Assembly (NCBI GenBank): GCA_000004985.1 | Contig: GG738846.1 | Origin: Naegleria gruberi | Taxonomy: Eukaryota | Length of the DNA: 64,000 bases | Direction: 5' to 3' (one strand) | Shown here: positions 1 through 10,076 of the stretch, one piece after another | Position numbering within the stretch: the stretch's first letter is position 1 | How the letters are laid out: each line of letters begins with the position of its first letter | The notes under the pieces: model-generated | Told to the model about the DNA's origin: nothing | The model's database searches: none | The model's input: only the letters and a program-made list of their open reading frames with translations | Program-made: the position numbers and the translations under genes

Positions 1-2089
1 AAGACATTGGAAGGATGGTCACTTTAGAAGTAATTCCAATTTTGGCCATAGTTTTAGTGTTAACAACATCCAAAAAGAGTGAAAGTTCATTCCCTGCGTA
101 TGGAGGAGGAAGAACTGCTGAATAAGTCTCTCCCAGGACTGAAAGAGGAATTTTGGTAAATGTCCTTTCTTCCAAGAAACCATAAACTATATCCAGTGTT
201 TGATTTTTTAAACATGATGAGTCACAAACATAACTAAACTTTGTTTCCATAAAGATACCAGTAGATTGTTGAATTTGGCAAGAACACAGAGTTGGATTCT
301 TTGCAACTTTGAAAGAATAAGAGGTTGTTGCAAGCCTTCCACTAGAATCTGCAATTGTTACTGCTAACATGTTGTCAGTACCATCTGTTAAAGAATATGC
401 AGGAAAAATGACAAAATCACTCGTAGAAGGAGTTGAAGATTGATCACTTAACTCGACACCATTCAAAGACCACTTCCTCGATGAGATTGTATCTAACATT
501 GACTGAGAATAAATTTGGTAGACAAATGCTTCATCTGTTGTTATGGTCGTTCTTTTAGGAACCGTATCTATGACACTGATAACTGGTTTGTCTGAAAGTA
601 CCATTTCAATAGAAGATGTTGCTGTTCGTGAACCTTTCACAACCATTAAAGTGAGAATGAATGAAGAACTGGTTAAAACAATGTCCTTAGTGAGATCGAA
701 TGAGGTGGATTGTGTTTTACCATAACTATTCAATGCTGTTTGTAAGGTTGTAGAACATGCTGGATCGCATGACCATGTCCATGTACTACTTTGGGTATTT
801 AACATATCGGGATCATAATACTCCACTTCAATGTGGGCTGTTGTTGCTGATACCAAATATTGAATTACTCTTAACTGAAGTTCAGGAGAGTAGGTTGTTA
901 TCTCTAAATCATCATAAAAGTAAAATGATCCATCAAATGCAGGTGTTCCAACTCTAAAGACATACTTTTGATTACCATAAGAGTACAGTCTATTGATTTG
1001 TAAATTAGAATATGTATCTGTTGTAAAATCTACAAAAGGTCCATAAATTTGTTTCCATGAAATTGTAAAATTGTATTCTTGCTTTGCCACGCAGGAATAA
1101 TCCAAGTTGGTAATTTGTTTTCTGAAAATTGTTGGAACGTCTGTGGTGGCGAGAGTTCTATTATTCTTTCCAACAATTTCTATAGCAGGTGGAGGAAAAC
1201 CCAAATTCACAACAGTAATAGTCTTTGGAATACTCAAAACTCCAGTAATAGCATCTTTAACCGTGAGGGTAAGATCGAAGCTTCCATACACTGTAACTTC
1301 TGTGGTTGTAAGGTTGAGAAATGGTGTTGAGTATTGTTTCACATAACTTGTTTTAGTTTTGTGTTGTATAGTCCAAATATAAATAAAAGGATTTCCATAT
1401 GAAGGTGTGCTCATTTCTCCATTAATAACTATAGGTTGGCATTTGTGAAATTCAGTTAATGTATAAGAAAGCATAGCAATAGGTCTTTGTTGTTCAAATT
1501 CACAAAAAGTTCCATTGTAACCATTTTTGCATTGGCATTTATCAGGTTGAAGACAAGATCCCCTCCCATTACAGACATAAGATGTGTTACTATAGAGAGT
1601 TGAATTGCAATAGTAATATTTACAAGTATATCCAGAATATCCTTCATTACACAAACAATTATTTGGAGAGTTGCACTTTCCAAAACCACTGCACACTGTT
1701 GGGTTATTATAACTCTTACCATAACAAGTTAGAGTACTATTGCAATAGGTTCCAACCCATCCATAAAAACAAGAACAACTTTCATTTTCCACACAATTTC
1801 CATTCCAACATGGAAACGTTAAACAATTAGTCGATGATTGAATTGTTTGATTGTTACTTGTCGGTATTGTACTGTTCACCACACTGGTTTCATTGCTACT
1901 TATTGAATCGTTGGTGTTTTGCACCAATCTCTCCGAATGAAGTATTTTGTTAATTCGTGATGATATATCATTCGTCTGCAGAGTTTTATCTGTCGATGAT
2001 GTAAATGTTGTCTCTAAATTTAGGAGTAAGACTAAGCAAGCGATGATAATAAATAGAAAAGGCTTAATTGTTAGTTGTGATGATTTCAT
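1..2089 (-). CDS. EGF-like repeat extracellular protein, 3' end outside window (paralogue of 2420..5824)
   Basis: Reverse-complement translation from the ATG at about 2089 is open to position 1 with no stop. It reads MKSSQLTIKPFLFIIIACLVLLLNL (a signal peptide), then Cys-rich EGF-like modules such as CSGFGKCNSPNNCLCNEGYSGYTC, then a long beta-rich extracellular region with the motif FPPPAIEIVG. It is absent from the ORF track only because its stop lies beyond the window edge. Confidence 0.6.
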   Translation of the reverse strand, partial: MKSSQLTIKPFLFIIIACLVLLLNLETTFTSSTDKTLQTNDISSRINKILHSERLVQNTNDSISSNETSVVNSTIPTSNNQTIQSSTNCLTFPCWNGNCVENESCSCFYGWVGTYCNSTLTCYGKSYNNPTVCSGFGKCNSPNNCLCNEGYSGYTCKYYYCNSTLYSNTSYVCNGRGSCLQPDKCQCKNGYNGTFCEFEQQRPIAMLSYTLTEFHKCQPIVINGEMSTPSYGNPFIYIWTIQHKTKTSYVKQYSTPFLNLTTTEVTVYGSFDLTLTVKDAITGVLSIPKTITVVNLGFPPPAIEIVGKNNRTLATTDVPTIFRKQITNLDYSCVAKQEYNFTISWKQIYGPFVDFTTDTYSNLQINRLYSYGNQKYVFRVGTPAFDGSFYFYDDLEITTYSPELQLRVIQYLVSATTAHIEVEYYDPDMLNTQSSTWTWSCDPACSTTLQTALNSYGKTQSTSFDLTKDIVLTSSSFILTLMVVKGSRTATSSIEMVLSDKPVISVIDTVPKRTTITTDEAFVYQIYSQSMLDTISSRKWSLNGVELSDQSSTPSTSDFVIFPAYSLTDGTDNMLAVTIADSSGRLATTSYSFKVAKNPTLCSCQIQQSTGIFMETKFSYVCDSSCLKNQTLDIVYGFLEERTFTKIPLSVLGETYSAVLPPPYAGNELSLFLDVVNTKTMAKIGITSKVTILPMS

Positions 2090-2266
2090 TTTTTTAACTG
2101 TTAAACTGCTTTTATAAGCCGCCAATTCCTTGTGCTTTTCTAAGTGGGCTCTGGAACTTTAATTTACAGTTTCTTTTTTTGGACTTGTGAAAGTCCATTA
2201 CAACTTTTACCATTAAGGCAGTAAGGATATATGCACCATTTGAATATTTTCATAATTATTTGTGAA

Positions 2267-2340
2267 GCCGTCATAGCTCAGTTGGATAGAGCACAGGACT
2301 TCTAATCCTGGGGTCGTGGGTTCGAGCCCCATTGTCGGTA
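2267..2340 (+). tRNA. tRNA-Arg (anticodon TCT)
   Basis: Cloverleaf read directly: acceptor GCCGTCA/TGTCGGT (one T-T mismatch, one G-U), D-arm GCTC..GAGC, anticodon stem CAGGA/TCCTG with loop CTTCTAA (anticodon TCT at 2301-2303), 5-nt variable loop, T-arm GTGGG TTCGAGC CCCAT. No encoded CCA, as expected for a eukaryotic nuclear tRNA. Confidence 0.8.
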
Positions 2341-2419
2341 TCATTTTATGTTTTTTCTTTTGATTATCAACAGTTTTCAGAAAGAGCAGGTGAAAAAGTG
2401 AAAAGATCAAAAACAAAAA

Positions 2420-5400
2420 ATGGTTCAAAACTTGCCATGCCTAACTAAGAGGCAAATACCATCGTCATCTTTTATTCTCACCATGAATTCTCTTGTAATA
2501 CTCCTCTTTTTATTAATTGACATATCACATCAGCAAGAAATCCTTAATTGCCACGGCTTTCTCTCCAATGATACAATGGTCTGCAGTGGACACGGAACGT
2601 GTATAGCCAATAACCATTGCTCATGTAGGCCTGGTTATGGTGGTGAACAGTGTCAAGAAATTTCATGTTTTAACAATTATCCAAGGATGGTTCAATGTAG
2701 TAATCATGGAGAGTGTATTGCCCTCGATACATGTACATGTTACGATTTATATACAGGTCCAAATTGTGAACAATGTAAACAACCATTCCATGAAGGAGAA
2801 CATTGTACTCCCATTCAATGTTTTGGTGTTGAATATTCAGTGAAGAGTGTTTGTTCTGGTAATGGTGATTGCATTGCATCAAATAATTGTTCTTGTCGTG
2901 ATGGTTTTGTTGGTGAGAGATGTGAACAATTCACTTGTTTAAATTCAACTCTGAATAATACAGAATCAAACAATTCAGTGTTGATTCCATGTTCTGGACA
3001 CGGAGAATGTGTCAAAGCCAATAATACATGCAATTGTTATTCGGATGTTTTGTATGGTTTTTGGGCTGGTGCAAATTGTGATTCTTGTAAATCAGGTTAT
3101 GGGGGAACAGAATGTAAGGAACAAGTTTGTTCCTCATTAACAACTTGTAACGGTAGAGGTGAATGTACACAACATAATGAACCAAAGAATAATGTGAAGT
3201 ACTTCTTTGCTGGTTATCAATTAATATCAAGGAGTGCAATTCGTGCTCAAAATTTCAGAAATTTAACATTAGAGGGAAGTATTGCAACTGAAGGAGGTTT
3301 CTCAGTTCAAGTTTTGAGATCAGCATATGGTCAAGTGAATGTAAGAAATGACATTTCAAAAAATATGGTCAACTCTGCTATTTCTCTCTATCAAGAATTT
3401 TCATCTCTTGATTGTGATCAAACCATGCAACAATCCATTCCAAGTGGAGGTTTAAATCTAAAAGCTGGCACTTACTGTTTCCCACAAGGGTTAAATGGAG
3501 GAGGAAAGATTTCTGTTTCTGGAAGTGGAAGAATTGTCTTGATTTTAAAAACCAATTTGAATTATGGCTTCACTGTTGAATATTTAGATGGTGCCACAGT
3601 TGATAATCTATTCTGGGTAGTTGCTATGGGTAGTTCCATTAGTGGTAAATTCTCTGGTAATTTACTGACAGTTGGTCAAATTAATGTTAATAATGCATTC
3701 ATTTCTGGATCAATTATCAATGTAGGATCTTCTGAAATGAACCTCAATGGAGCTTCATTCGGTCCAATCTACTCCCCTCCTGTAGTAGATCCTTGTAAAT
3801 GTTTCGGTAATTATGCTCCTCCATACTGTGAATCATGTAGTGCTGGTTTCTTTGGAGACAATTGTACTCTCTCATGCTCACCAGAAAGGAATTGTAATGG
3901 AAGAGGTCAATGTTCACAAACAGGTTCTTGCTTATGTGGACCAAGATTTTCTGGTGCCTATTGTGAAGTGTGTGCAACAAAATGGATTGGAAAGAATTGT
4001 GACTACTTGATTGGAGACAGAGCCATGTTGAAAATAAGCAAATTGACTATTCAATATGCAAATCCATCCAAATCTACCCAAATAGATTGTTCTTCGATTC
4101 TCCTTGACGAAACTGTAAAAGAATTAGGATCCTCTCCTCAATGTTATTGGGATGACAAGTCAACCAATAGTTTCGTAATTGATTTAGGATTTGGGAATAC
4201 CATATATGCTGGATCCATTCTCAAATTCAAACTTGAAAATGGAAACTCTGCTCTTGTCACTGTCTATACAGATCCAAACTCAACCAACAATCCCCCAACT
4301 CCAATTCTAAAAGTTTCTTCTAAAATCTCAACATGTGCCCGATTAGAATTGGATACCTCATCTTCATATTCTCCAGATAAGAAATCTATTAGTTACAAAT
4401 TTGAGGTGACATCAACTCCAAATGAAAATTCAATGGTAGTTTTGAGAAGGGAATTATCACTCTTTGAAAATCAAGCATTTTTCAATATAGCTGCTTCCAA
4501 ATTAGCTGTTGGATCCTACAGCATCAAACTAACTGTTTCTAGTCCAGTAACTGGAAGTGCTTCAACTCAAGTAACATTCGAAATCATCCCAGTTCCTCCT
4601 CCAATCATTGATATTCCTGGAGGTTTATCTCAATCATTCGTTTATGGATCTGTAGTTGTAATTAATCCTCAAATTAGCGTTGCAGGATGCTCTAATAATG
4701 ATGGTTCCATAATTTACTCTCCTGCCAAATATCAAGATTTTTCCTATAATTGGGAACAAGTTTCAGGAAATGCAACCAAATTTTCACAAGAATCCTATAA
4801 TAGAATTCTTGTCATTTCAAGTCTACAAAATGAAGGAAGTTTCAAATTAAGTGTCTCGTCCTCAACTGGTTATTCTGATCGAGTGACAGTTGAATTGAAA
4901 TTGAAAGAGAGTGAATTGGTTTTGAAAATAAGAAATGGTAATTTCCTCTATGGAAAAGTGAACCAAGCAATGACTGTTGATTTTTCTCAATCCTATGATC
5001 CAACTAAAACTTTGGAGAAGGAGGAATTCTCAATTGTTTGTATTCCTTTGGGAGTTCTTGCTGTTTGTCCAATTTCTGAAATCTATGCCAATGTGAATCA
5101 AGAAAAAATGTTCACAATCGCAGAGAATTCATTGGTTGCAGGTTTGTATCAATTTACCATTTCCTATTCGAAAGGACGTCGTTCCAAGACTGAAACAGTT
5201 GTTGTGGAATTGGCTGAATACGTCTTTTTGAATGTTTTCATCAAGATGGCCACCAATGATTTCCTTCCAACATCTGTTCCTTTGGGAATGAATGTTTCAT
5301 TAGAAGCAGTTTCTCCACCAGATATTAGAAATGAAGTCACCTACATTTGGAGTTCCAGGACGAGTGGATTTACTCTGAATGATCAAACAACAATATCAGG

Positions 5401-5824
5401 AATAACCGGACCATTTTTAACCATTCGTGGTGAAGTACTCCAACCAGATACTTTTTATACCATCAGATTAGACGCGCAGTGGAATAAGTTGAATGGTTTT
5501 TCAGAATATTATCTTGCAATTAATACTCCACCTAAACCAGGTTATTTTACAGTCAATCCATTACAAAGTAAATCTGGTATTGACACTGTGACGCTTTCAT
5601 GTAGTGGATGGTCGGATGATAATACACCACTCTCCTATCAATTCTTTTTCAATGATGCAAAAACTTCAAGTTGGCAAGCATTAACTGGAAAAGTTTCCAC
5701 CAATCAGGTCAATGTAATGTTGCCTCCTGGTTATGGATCTTCTTCTCAATTAACAATTAAGGCAAGAGTTTATGACTCTACAGGTGCATTTAGTGAAATG
5801 CAACAAGTTGTAATGTCCAGTTGA
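2420..5824 (+). CDS. EGF-like repeat secreted protein with a large beta-rich extracellular region; probable true start is the in-frame ATG at 2483 (MNSLVILLFLLIDISHQ signal peptide)
   Basis: 1134-aa ORF. The N-terminus after the signal peptide has about 7 EGF-like modules (CSGHGTCIANNHCSCRPGYGGEQCQ and similar), followed by about 800 aa of repeated beta-sandwich-like sequence (PPPIIDIPGG). No transmembrane segment. Confidence 0.7.
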   Translation: MVQNLPCLTKRQIPSSSFILTMNSLVILLFLLIDISHQQEILNCHGFLSNDTMVCSGHGTCIANNHCSCRPGYGGEQCQEISCFNNYPRMVQCSNHGECIALDTCTCYDLYTGPNCEQCKQPFHEGEHCTPIQCFGVEYSVKSVCSGNGDCIASNNCSCRDGFVGERCEQFTCLNSTLNNTESNNSVLIPCSGHGECVKANNTCNCYSDVLYGFWAGANCDSCKSGYGGTECKEQVCSSLTTCNGRGECTQHNEPKNNVKYFFAGYQLISRSAIRAQNFRNLTLEGSIATEGGFSVQVLRSAYGQVNVRNDISKNMVNSAISLYQEFSSLDCDQTMQQSIPSGGLNLKAGTYCFPQGLNGGGKISVSGSGRIVLILKTNLNYGFTVEYLDGATVDNLFWVVAMGSSISGKFSGNLLTVGQINVNNAFISGSIINVGSSEMNLNGASFGPIYSPPVVDPCKCFGNYAPPYCESCSAGFFGDNCTLSCSPERNCNGRGQCSQTGSCLCGPRFSGAYCEVCATKWIGKNCDYLIGDRAMLKISKLTIQYANPSKSTQIDCSSILLDETVKELGSSPQCYWDDKSTNSFVIDLGFGNTIYAGSILKFKLENGNSALVTVYTDPNSTNNPPTPILKVSSKISTCARLELDTSSSYSPDKKSISYKFEVTSTPNENSMVVLRRELSLFENQAFFNIAASKLAVGSYSIKLTVSSPVTGSASTQVTFEIIPVPPPIIDIPGGLSQSFVYGSVVVINPQISVAGCSNNDGSIIYSPAKYQDFSYNWEQVSGNATKFSQESYNRILVISSLQNEGSFKLSVSSSTGYSDRVTVELKLKESELVLKIRNGNFLYGKVNQAMTVDFSQSYDPTKTLEKEEFSIVCIPLGVLAVCPISEIYANVNQEKMFTIAENSLVAGLYQFTISYSKGRRSKTETVVVELAEYVFLNVFIKMATNDFLPTSVPLGMNVSLEAVSPPDIRNEVTYIWSSRTSGFTLNDQTTISGITGPFLTIRGEVLQPDTFYTIRLDAQWNKLNGFSEYYLAINTPPKPGYFTVNPLQSKSGIDTVTLSCSGWSDDNTPLSYQFFFNDAKTSSWQALTGKVSTNQVNVMLPPGYGSSSQLTIKARVYDSTGAFSEMQQVVMSS

Positions 5825-6351
5825 GTTTTTTTTAATCAGATAAAATCAATGTCAATGTACACTGCCCCAACATTGTCCAAATAAGAATGCATTAAAAAGA
5901 CTCTAATTCTAATTGAGATTTCTGCATTTTCAAATGTGTCCAAACACGATTCTTCCTTAGACAATATGTTTCATTTGGTAACTAGCACATCCTTAATTAT
6001 CAGTGTCGGTTGCAGAAAAACGGTTGGAGAAAGGAAAAAAAATCGATCAAAATCTACAACAGCAGCTGAGTCCTTCCAAACAGACATATACTCTCTTCTG
6101 ACCACTCACTCTGACTGAAAATTACCTTACTCTCCTACTAAGGCACCACTCTCTTTTTGCAAATAGCAATAACAGAAACAACAATATTACGGAGAGTTGT
6201 GTTGCATGAGGAAAATTTTGATTGTTTCAAAAAAACTCATATTGTGTTAATAGGAATTAAGCAATCATCATCAAACTCACTTCGGACACTATAATACTAG
6301 TAATAGAAGTATTTAAAATTTCAGAGTGGAAATACAAACGATTTACAAAAT

Positions 6352-9111
6352 ATGGGAGGAGGAAATTCAAAACAAAAACTACAAGTGGAAATGACTCTTG
6401 TAGATGATGAATCAAAAATTGATCTTCTCATTGATCATACACCAAATCCTGCAAAGGTTGGAAGCCCCCTTCCTTTCGTTAATAATACTTACACATTGAG
6501 AGCATCCACACCAACCTCAAACCTTCCACCAGAACCTACCATAACAATCAGCACAACAAATTCTCTCACCACTGATCTTAAACCGTACCTGCCCAAACAA
6601 AATTCCAAAAAGAATACTAACCCAAGAACTAACAAAACCAATAGTAACCCTTCCGAATCTAATTTACTTCCTAAAATTACACAACAACGTCAATCTTTTG
6701 ATGCTTCTATGCTTCAATCTGGGAGAAACTCTCCTGCTGGTGAATCTTCAACTATAGTAACTAATAATCGAGCAAAATCAAAATCAAACTCTAGGGTTGT
6801 GGATGTTCCTTCTCCGTCTGTAAACAATAACTTGTCACCAGCAGTTACTTTGGATGACAGATCAACCCTACTAACAGGATACAAGACACATAGTACTCAA
6901 TCACTAATGTCCTCAACTAGTATCAAAGATAGTGAACTATTGAATTTTCATGGAGATGTCTGTATTGAAAATAAGGCTCATCTAGTGAGCTTGGTAATTA
7001 GCAATATGGACGATATGGTTTTTATAATAACTGATTTGAAAAATAATTATTACATTTATGAAACTTCATACCCGAGGTTTTTACAGAAATTCTTTTCTGG
7101 TGAAGAAAGCGCAGCCTCCCTTCCACCCTATAAGAGGCATAGAAGAATGCTCGATATGATTGGTCTGGCATTCTCATTTCAAACCTACAGTGTTATTCCT
7201 GAGTCGGCCGATAACAATATCAAAATATCCCTTACCTTGAAATATCAAGCTGACAATATTGACAAGACAGTAGTGTTCAAGCTGATAAAGCATGTTCCAG
7301 ATTTAACTGATCCATCTAATAGGCTGATACACTCCACTATTTGTAAATTAATTATTGGTCTGTTTGGAAGTTATCACAATTCGAGAAAAGACAAAACAAA
7401 TATCCTAAGACAAACAATTCCAACCATGGCACTTATCACGGAAGTTGGAACAAATGCACAACAAGAAGATGAAGAGGAGGAAGAGGAACCTGAATACAGT
7501 TTGAGATCAGATAAATCTGAAGATGATCTAGTAAATCTTAAAGAAACCAAAAGAGAAGAAAAATCAAAAATGGATGAACCACCAAAACTCTCATTTTCGA
7601 TGGAACAGTCAGGAGAACAAGAAGAATCCAAGGTTATCAAAGTTAAAAAATTAGGTGTAAAACCAGCTAAAAAGTTTGTCACTGTCACAATTGATGAAGA
7701 GCCAGACTTGATTACCACTACAGAAATGGTAGTCTTTTTGAGAAAGCTACAAGCACTTCTATCTTTAAGAGATGATATTCCCTTCGATAAGAATAAGTTT
7801 TCTCTCATCATTAAAACCATAGCTAAGAATTCAGATATTGTTGAGGACGAAATTAAGGATACAAATCCTGATCTAGAAGTTTCAGCCTTCTTGAACGCAT
7901 TTGTAAAGCCTAGAGCAAAATCAAGGGAAAGGGCTGGGTGGAGAACAATTGCAAATCTCATTAGAGTTGGTGTTGTTTTCAAGCAACAAACTCTTCAAAC
8001 AACTGTCAAGAATATTAATGCAATCGATAGTAACCCTGGATTGGAAGAGAAATTGAAGAGTATAGATCGATATGACTTTGATGTGTTTGAATTAAATGAA
8101 GCATCGAGGGGAAAGCCACTGTATGTGATATTTACCTATTACCTTCGTCGATTTGGATTGTTGGAACATTTCAATATTGACAGAGAAGTCTTGCATGCAT
8201 TCCTTAGAGAGATTGAAACTCACTATGGGTACAATGCCTTCCACAATAGCATTCATGCTGCTGACGTACTTCAAACATTCATGTACCTATTAGATTTGAT
8301 AGGTATGATTCCGTTCCTTACTCATGAGGAATTGTTGGCTGTCATATTGGCAGCTGCCATGCACGATTTTCAACATCCAGGAACAACAAATCAATTCCAA
8401 ATCCTTTCATCCTCTGATTTGGCCATTACTTATAGTGACAAGTCAGTATTAGAGAGCCACCATGTTGCCTCCTTCTACAGAGTCCTCCAACAAGAGAAAT
8501 ACAACATTCTGAAAACACTATCAGCCAAACAAAGAAGGCAAATCAGAGAAATTTCAATTGGTCTGATATCAGCAACGGATTTATCATTCCAAGGAAGTTT
8601 TATGAATCAATTACAAGCAGTTTATGATGTTTCACATGGTCACATTGATTTAATGTCTGAAAAGTCTCTAGTTCTAAAACTTTGCCTCAAATTGGCCGAC
8701 ACTGCAAATACCTCAAAACCTCTCTATCTGCACTTTTCCTGGATCTCTCGGCTACAAAGAGAATTCTTCATCCAAGGCGATAAGGAAAAAGAGTTGGGTA
8801 TGGATGTTAGCCCTTTCATGGACAGAACCAAGTGCAACTTTACAAAATGTCAAAATTCTTTTATTGAATATGTGACCTATCCGTATGTGGCTTTATTCGC
8901 AAAATGCTTTAAAGAAGCAGCTCCAATACTGGAATATTCAAAACAAGTCAAAGAATATTGGTCGAATAGTGTGGTAGTTAGTACATTCGAGGAAGTTGAA
9001 CAAATGATTAGAAATGAGCTTGCAAAGGTTAATAAGGTTGTGACGCAGTCACATTTGGGAGCAAACACGTCATTCAACACGACACCAAGAGAACAAGGGA
9101 CAGAAGAATAA
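6352..9111 (+). CDS. 3',5'-cyclic nucleotide phosphodiesterase (class I catalytic domain), N-myristoylation motif, long low-complexity N-terminal half
   Basis: The C-terminal region contains YHNSIHAADVLQ..MHDFQHPGTTNQF, matching the class I PDE signature HDxxHxG and metal-binding histidines. The N-terminus MGGGNSKQK fits the Met-Gly-x-x-x-Ser N-myristoylation consensus. Single 919-aa ORF. Confidence 0.85.
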   Translation: MGGGNSKQKLQVEMTLVDDESKIDLLIDHTPNPAKVGSPLPFVNNTYTLRASTPTSNLPPEPTITISTTNSLTTDLKPYLPKQNSKKNTNPRTNKTNSNPSESNLLPKITQQRQSFDASMLQSGRNSPAGESSTIVTNNRAKSKSNSRVVDVPSPSVNNNLSPAVTLDDRSTLLTGYKTHSTQSLMSSTSIKDSELLNFHGDVCIENKAHLVSLVISNMDDMVFIITDLKNNYYIYETSYPRFLQKFFSGEESAASLPPYKRHRRMLDMIGLAFSFQTYSVIPESADNNIKISLTLKYQADNIDKTVVFKLIKHVPDLTDPSNRLIHSTICKLIIGLFGSYHNSRKDKTNILRQTIPTMALITEVGTNAQQEDEEEEEEPEYSLRSDKSEDDLVNLKETKREEKSKMDEPPKLSFSMEQSGEQEESKVIKVKKLGVKPAKKFVTVTIDEEPDLITTTEMVVFLRKLQALLSLRDDIPFDKNKFSLIIKTIAKNSDIVEDEIKDTNPDLEVSAFLNAFVKPRAKSRERAGWRTIANLIRVGVVFKQQTLQTTVKNINAIDSNPGLEEKLKSIDRYDFDVFELNEASRGKPLYVIFTYYLRRFGLLEHFNIDREVLHAFLREIETHYGYNAFHNSIHAADVLQTFMYLLDLIGMIPFLTHEELLAVILAAAMHDFQHPGTTNQFQILSSSDLAITYSDKSVLESHHVASFYRVLQQEKYNILKTLSAKQRRQIREISIGLISATDLSFQGSFMNQLQAVYDVSHGHIDLMSEKSLVLKLCLKLADTANTSKPLYLHFSWISRLQREFFIQGDKEKELGMDVSPFMDRTKCNFTKCQNSFIEYVTYPYVALFAKCFKEAAPILEYSKQVKEYWSNSVVVSTFEEVEQMIRNELAKVNKVVTQSHLGANTSFNTTPREQGTEE

Positions 9112-9113
9112 AC

Positions 9114-9875
9114 TTATTTTCCTCTTTTTTTCCAATCAATAACTAGCTCATCATCACTGGATTCAGATTGATCATTTTCCACTTTTGCTACTTCATCACT
9201 TGTTCCATTTGTGGGTTTTCCTTTCAATAATTCTTTTTGTTTTTTCAATTCTTCAATTTTTAAAAACTCTTCCACTTGTCTCTTCATTTCCTCAGAGTCC
9301 TCTCTTTCATCTTGTTCTTTTTCTAGGGCCTCAATATTCTTCTCTGTCTTGGTTTGTTTAGCAGGGAGAGGGTTCTTCTTATCCGATGCACTATTGATAG
9401 ATTTCTTTACAACTGAGGATTTCACAAGTTGTGCAAATCCTTTATCTTTAAATAATTCATCAGTCTTGTTGTTCAATTCCTTGTATCCATCTCGAATACT
9501 CTTTAGATCCTTCTCCGATGGAGCAATATCAAAAAATCCAGCAGGAAGAGGTTTTAAATAGGTAGAATCACTGCTCTCTGATGATTTGACAGAATCCGCC
9601 ACTTGAAGAGAAGCTCTAATAGATGAATTTGCTACTCTATCCACATTAGGTTGATTTGGTCCTGCAGAGGCTGGATTAACAAGTTTCTTCTTCGCAAGAG
9701 GATAAGAAGTGAAATCTTCCTCCGATGTAGTAGATCTTTTCTTTGACTCTTGTTTCCTATTGTTACTTGATGCTGATGATTGACTATTACCACTTCCTTT
9801 TGCTTTTGGTTCCTCTGCTGCAAAACTTCCAACCACTTTTGCTTTTGTCTTTGCAAAGGGATTTGTCTTTTTCAT
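9114..9875 (-). CDS. hypothetical K/E/S-rich charged protein
   Basis: 253-aa ORF with coding-like composition and a coiled-coil-like charged C-terminus. Its stop lies 2 nt from the PDE stop on the other strand. No recognisable domain. Confidence 0.4.
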   Translation of the reverse strand: MKKTNPFAKTKAKVVGSFAAEEPKAKGSGNSQSSASSNNRKQESKKRSTTSEEDFTSYPLAKKKLVNPASAGPNQPNVDRVANSSIRASLQVADSVKSSESSDSTYLKPLPAGFFDIAPSEKDLKSIRDGYKELNNKTDELFKDKGFAQLVKSSVVKKSINSASDKKNPLPAKQTKTEKNIEALEKEQDEREDSEEMKRQVEEFLKIEELKKQKELLKGKPTNGTSDEVAKVENDQSESSDDELVIDWKKRGK

Positions 9876-10076
9876 TTTTTAAATATTTTGAAGGTGAAGA
9901 ATTATTTCGTGTAATGCTTCTTGCACATGTTAAACTGTTATTGAAAATAGTCCCTTGTTGAGCCAGAGTCTAGAAACTTTATCATGATGGAAAGTTGTTA
10001 ATAATTCTACCAAAGCAATAAAGCAATGCATGAGATTTATTTAAAATAATAAAAAAAAATAAAATTGCAAAAAAAA

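Noticed and set aside
2213-2428. 71-aa minus-strand ORF overlapping the tRNA-Arg gene
   Set aside because: It lies entirely over a tRNA gene and promoter region, has no coding periodicity and a K/F-rich composition typical of AT-rich noise.
7374-7982. 202-aa antisense ORF inside the PDE gene, and similar antisense ORFs in other large genes (for example 9211..9561, 17723..17980, 35612..36000, 44529..44777)
   Set aside because: Low-complexity sense strands (S/E/K-rich) give open antisense frames by composition; there is no independent support for them.
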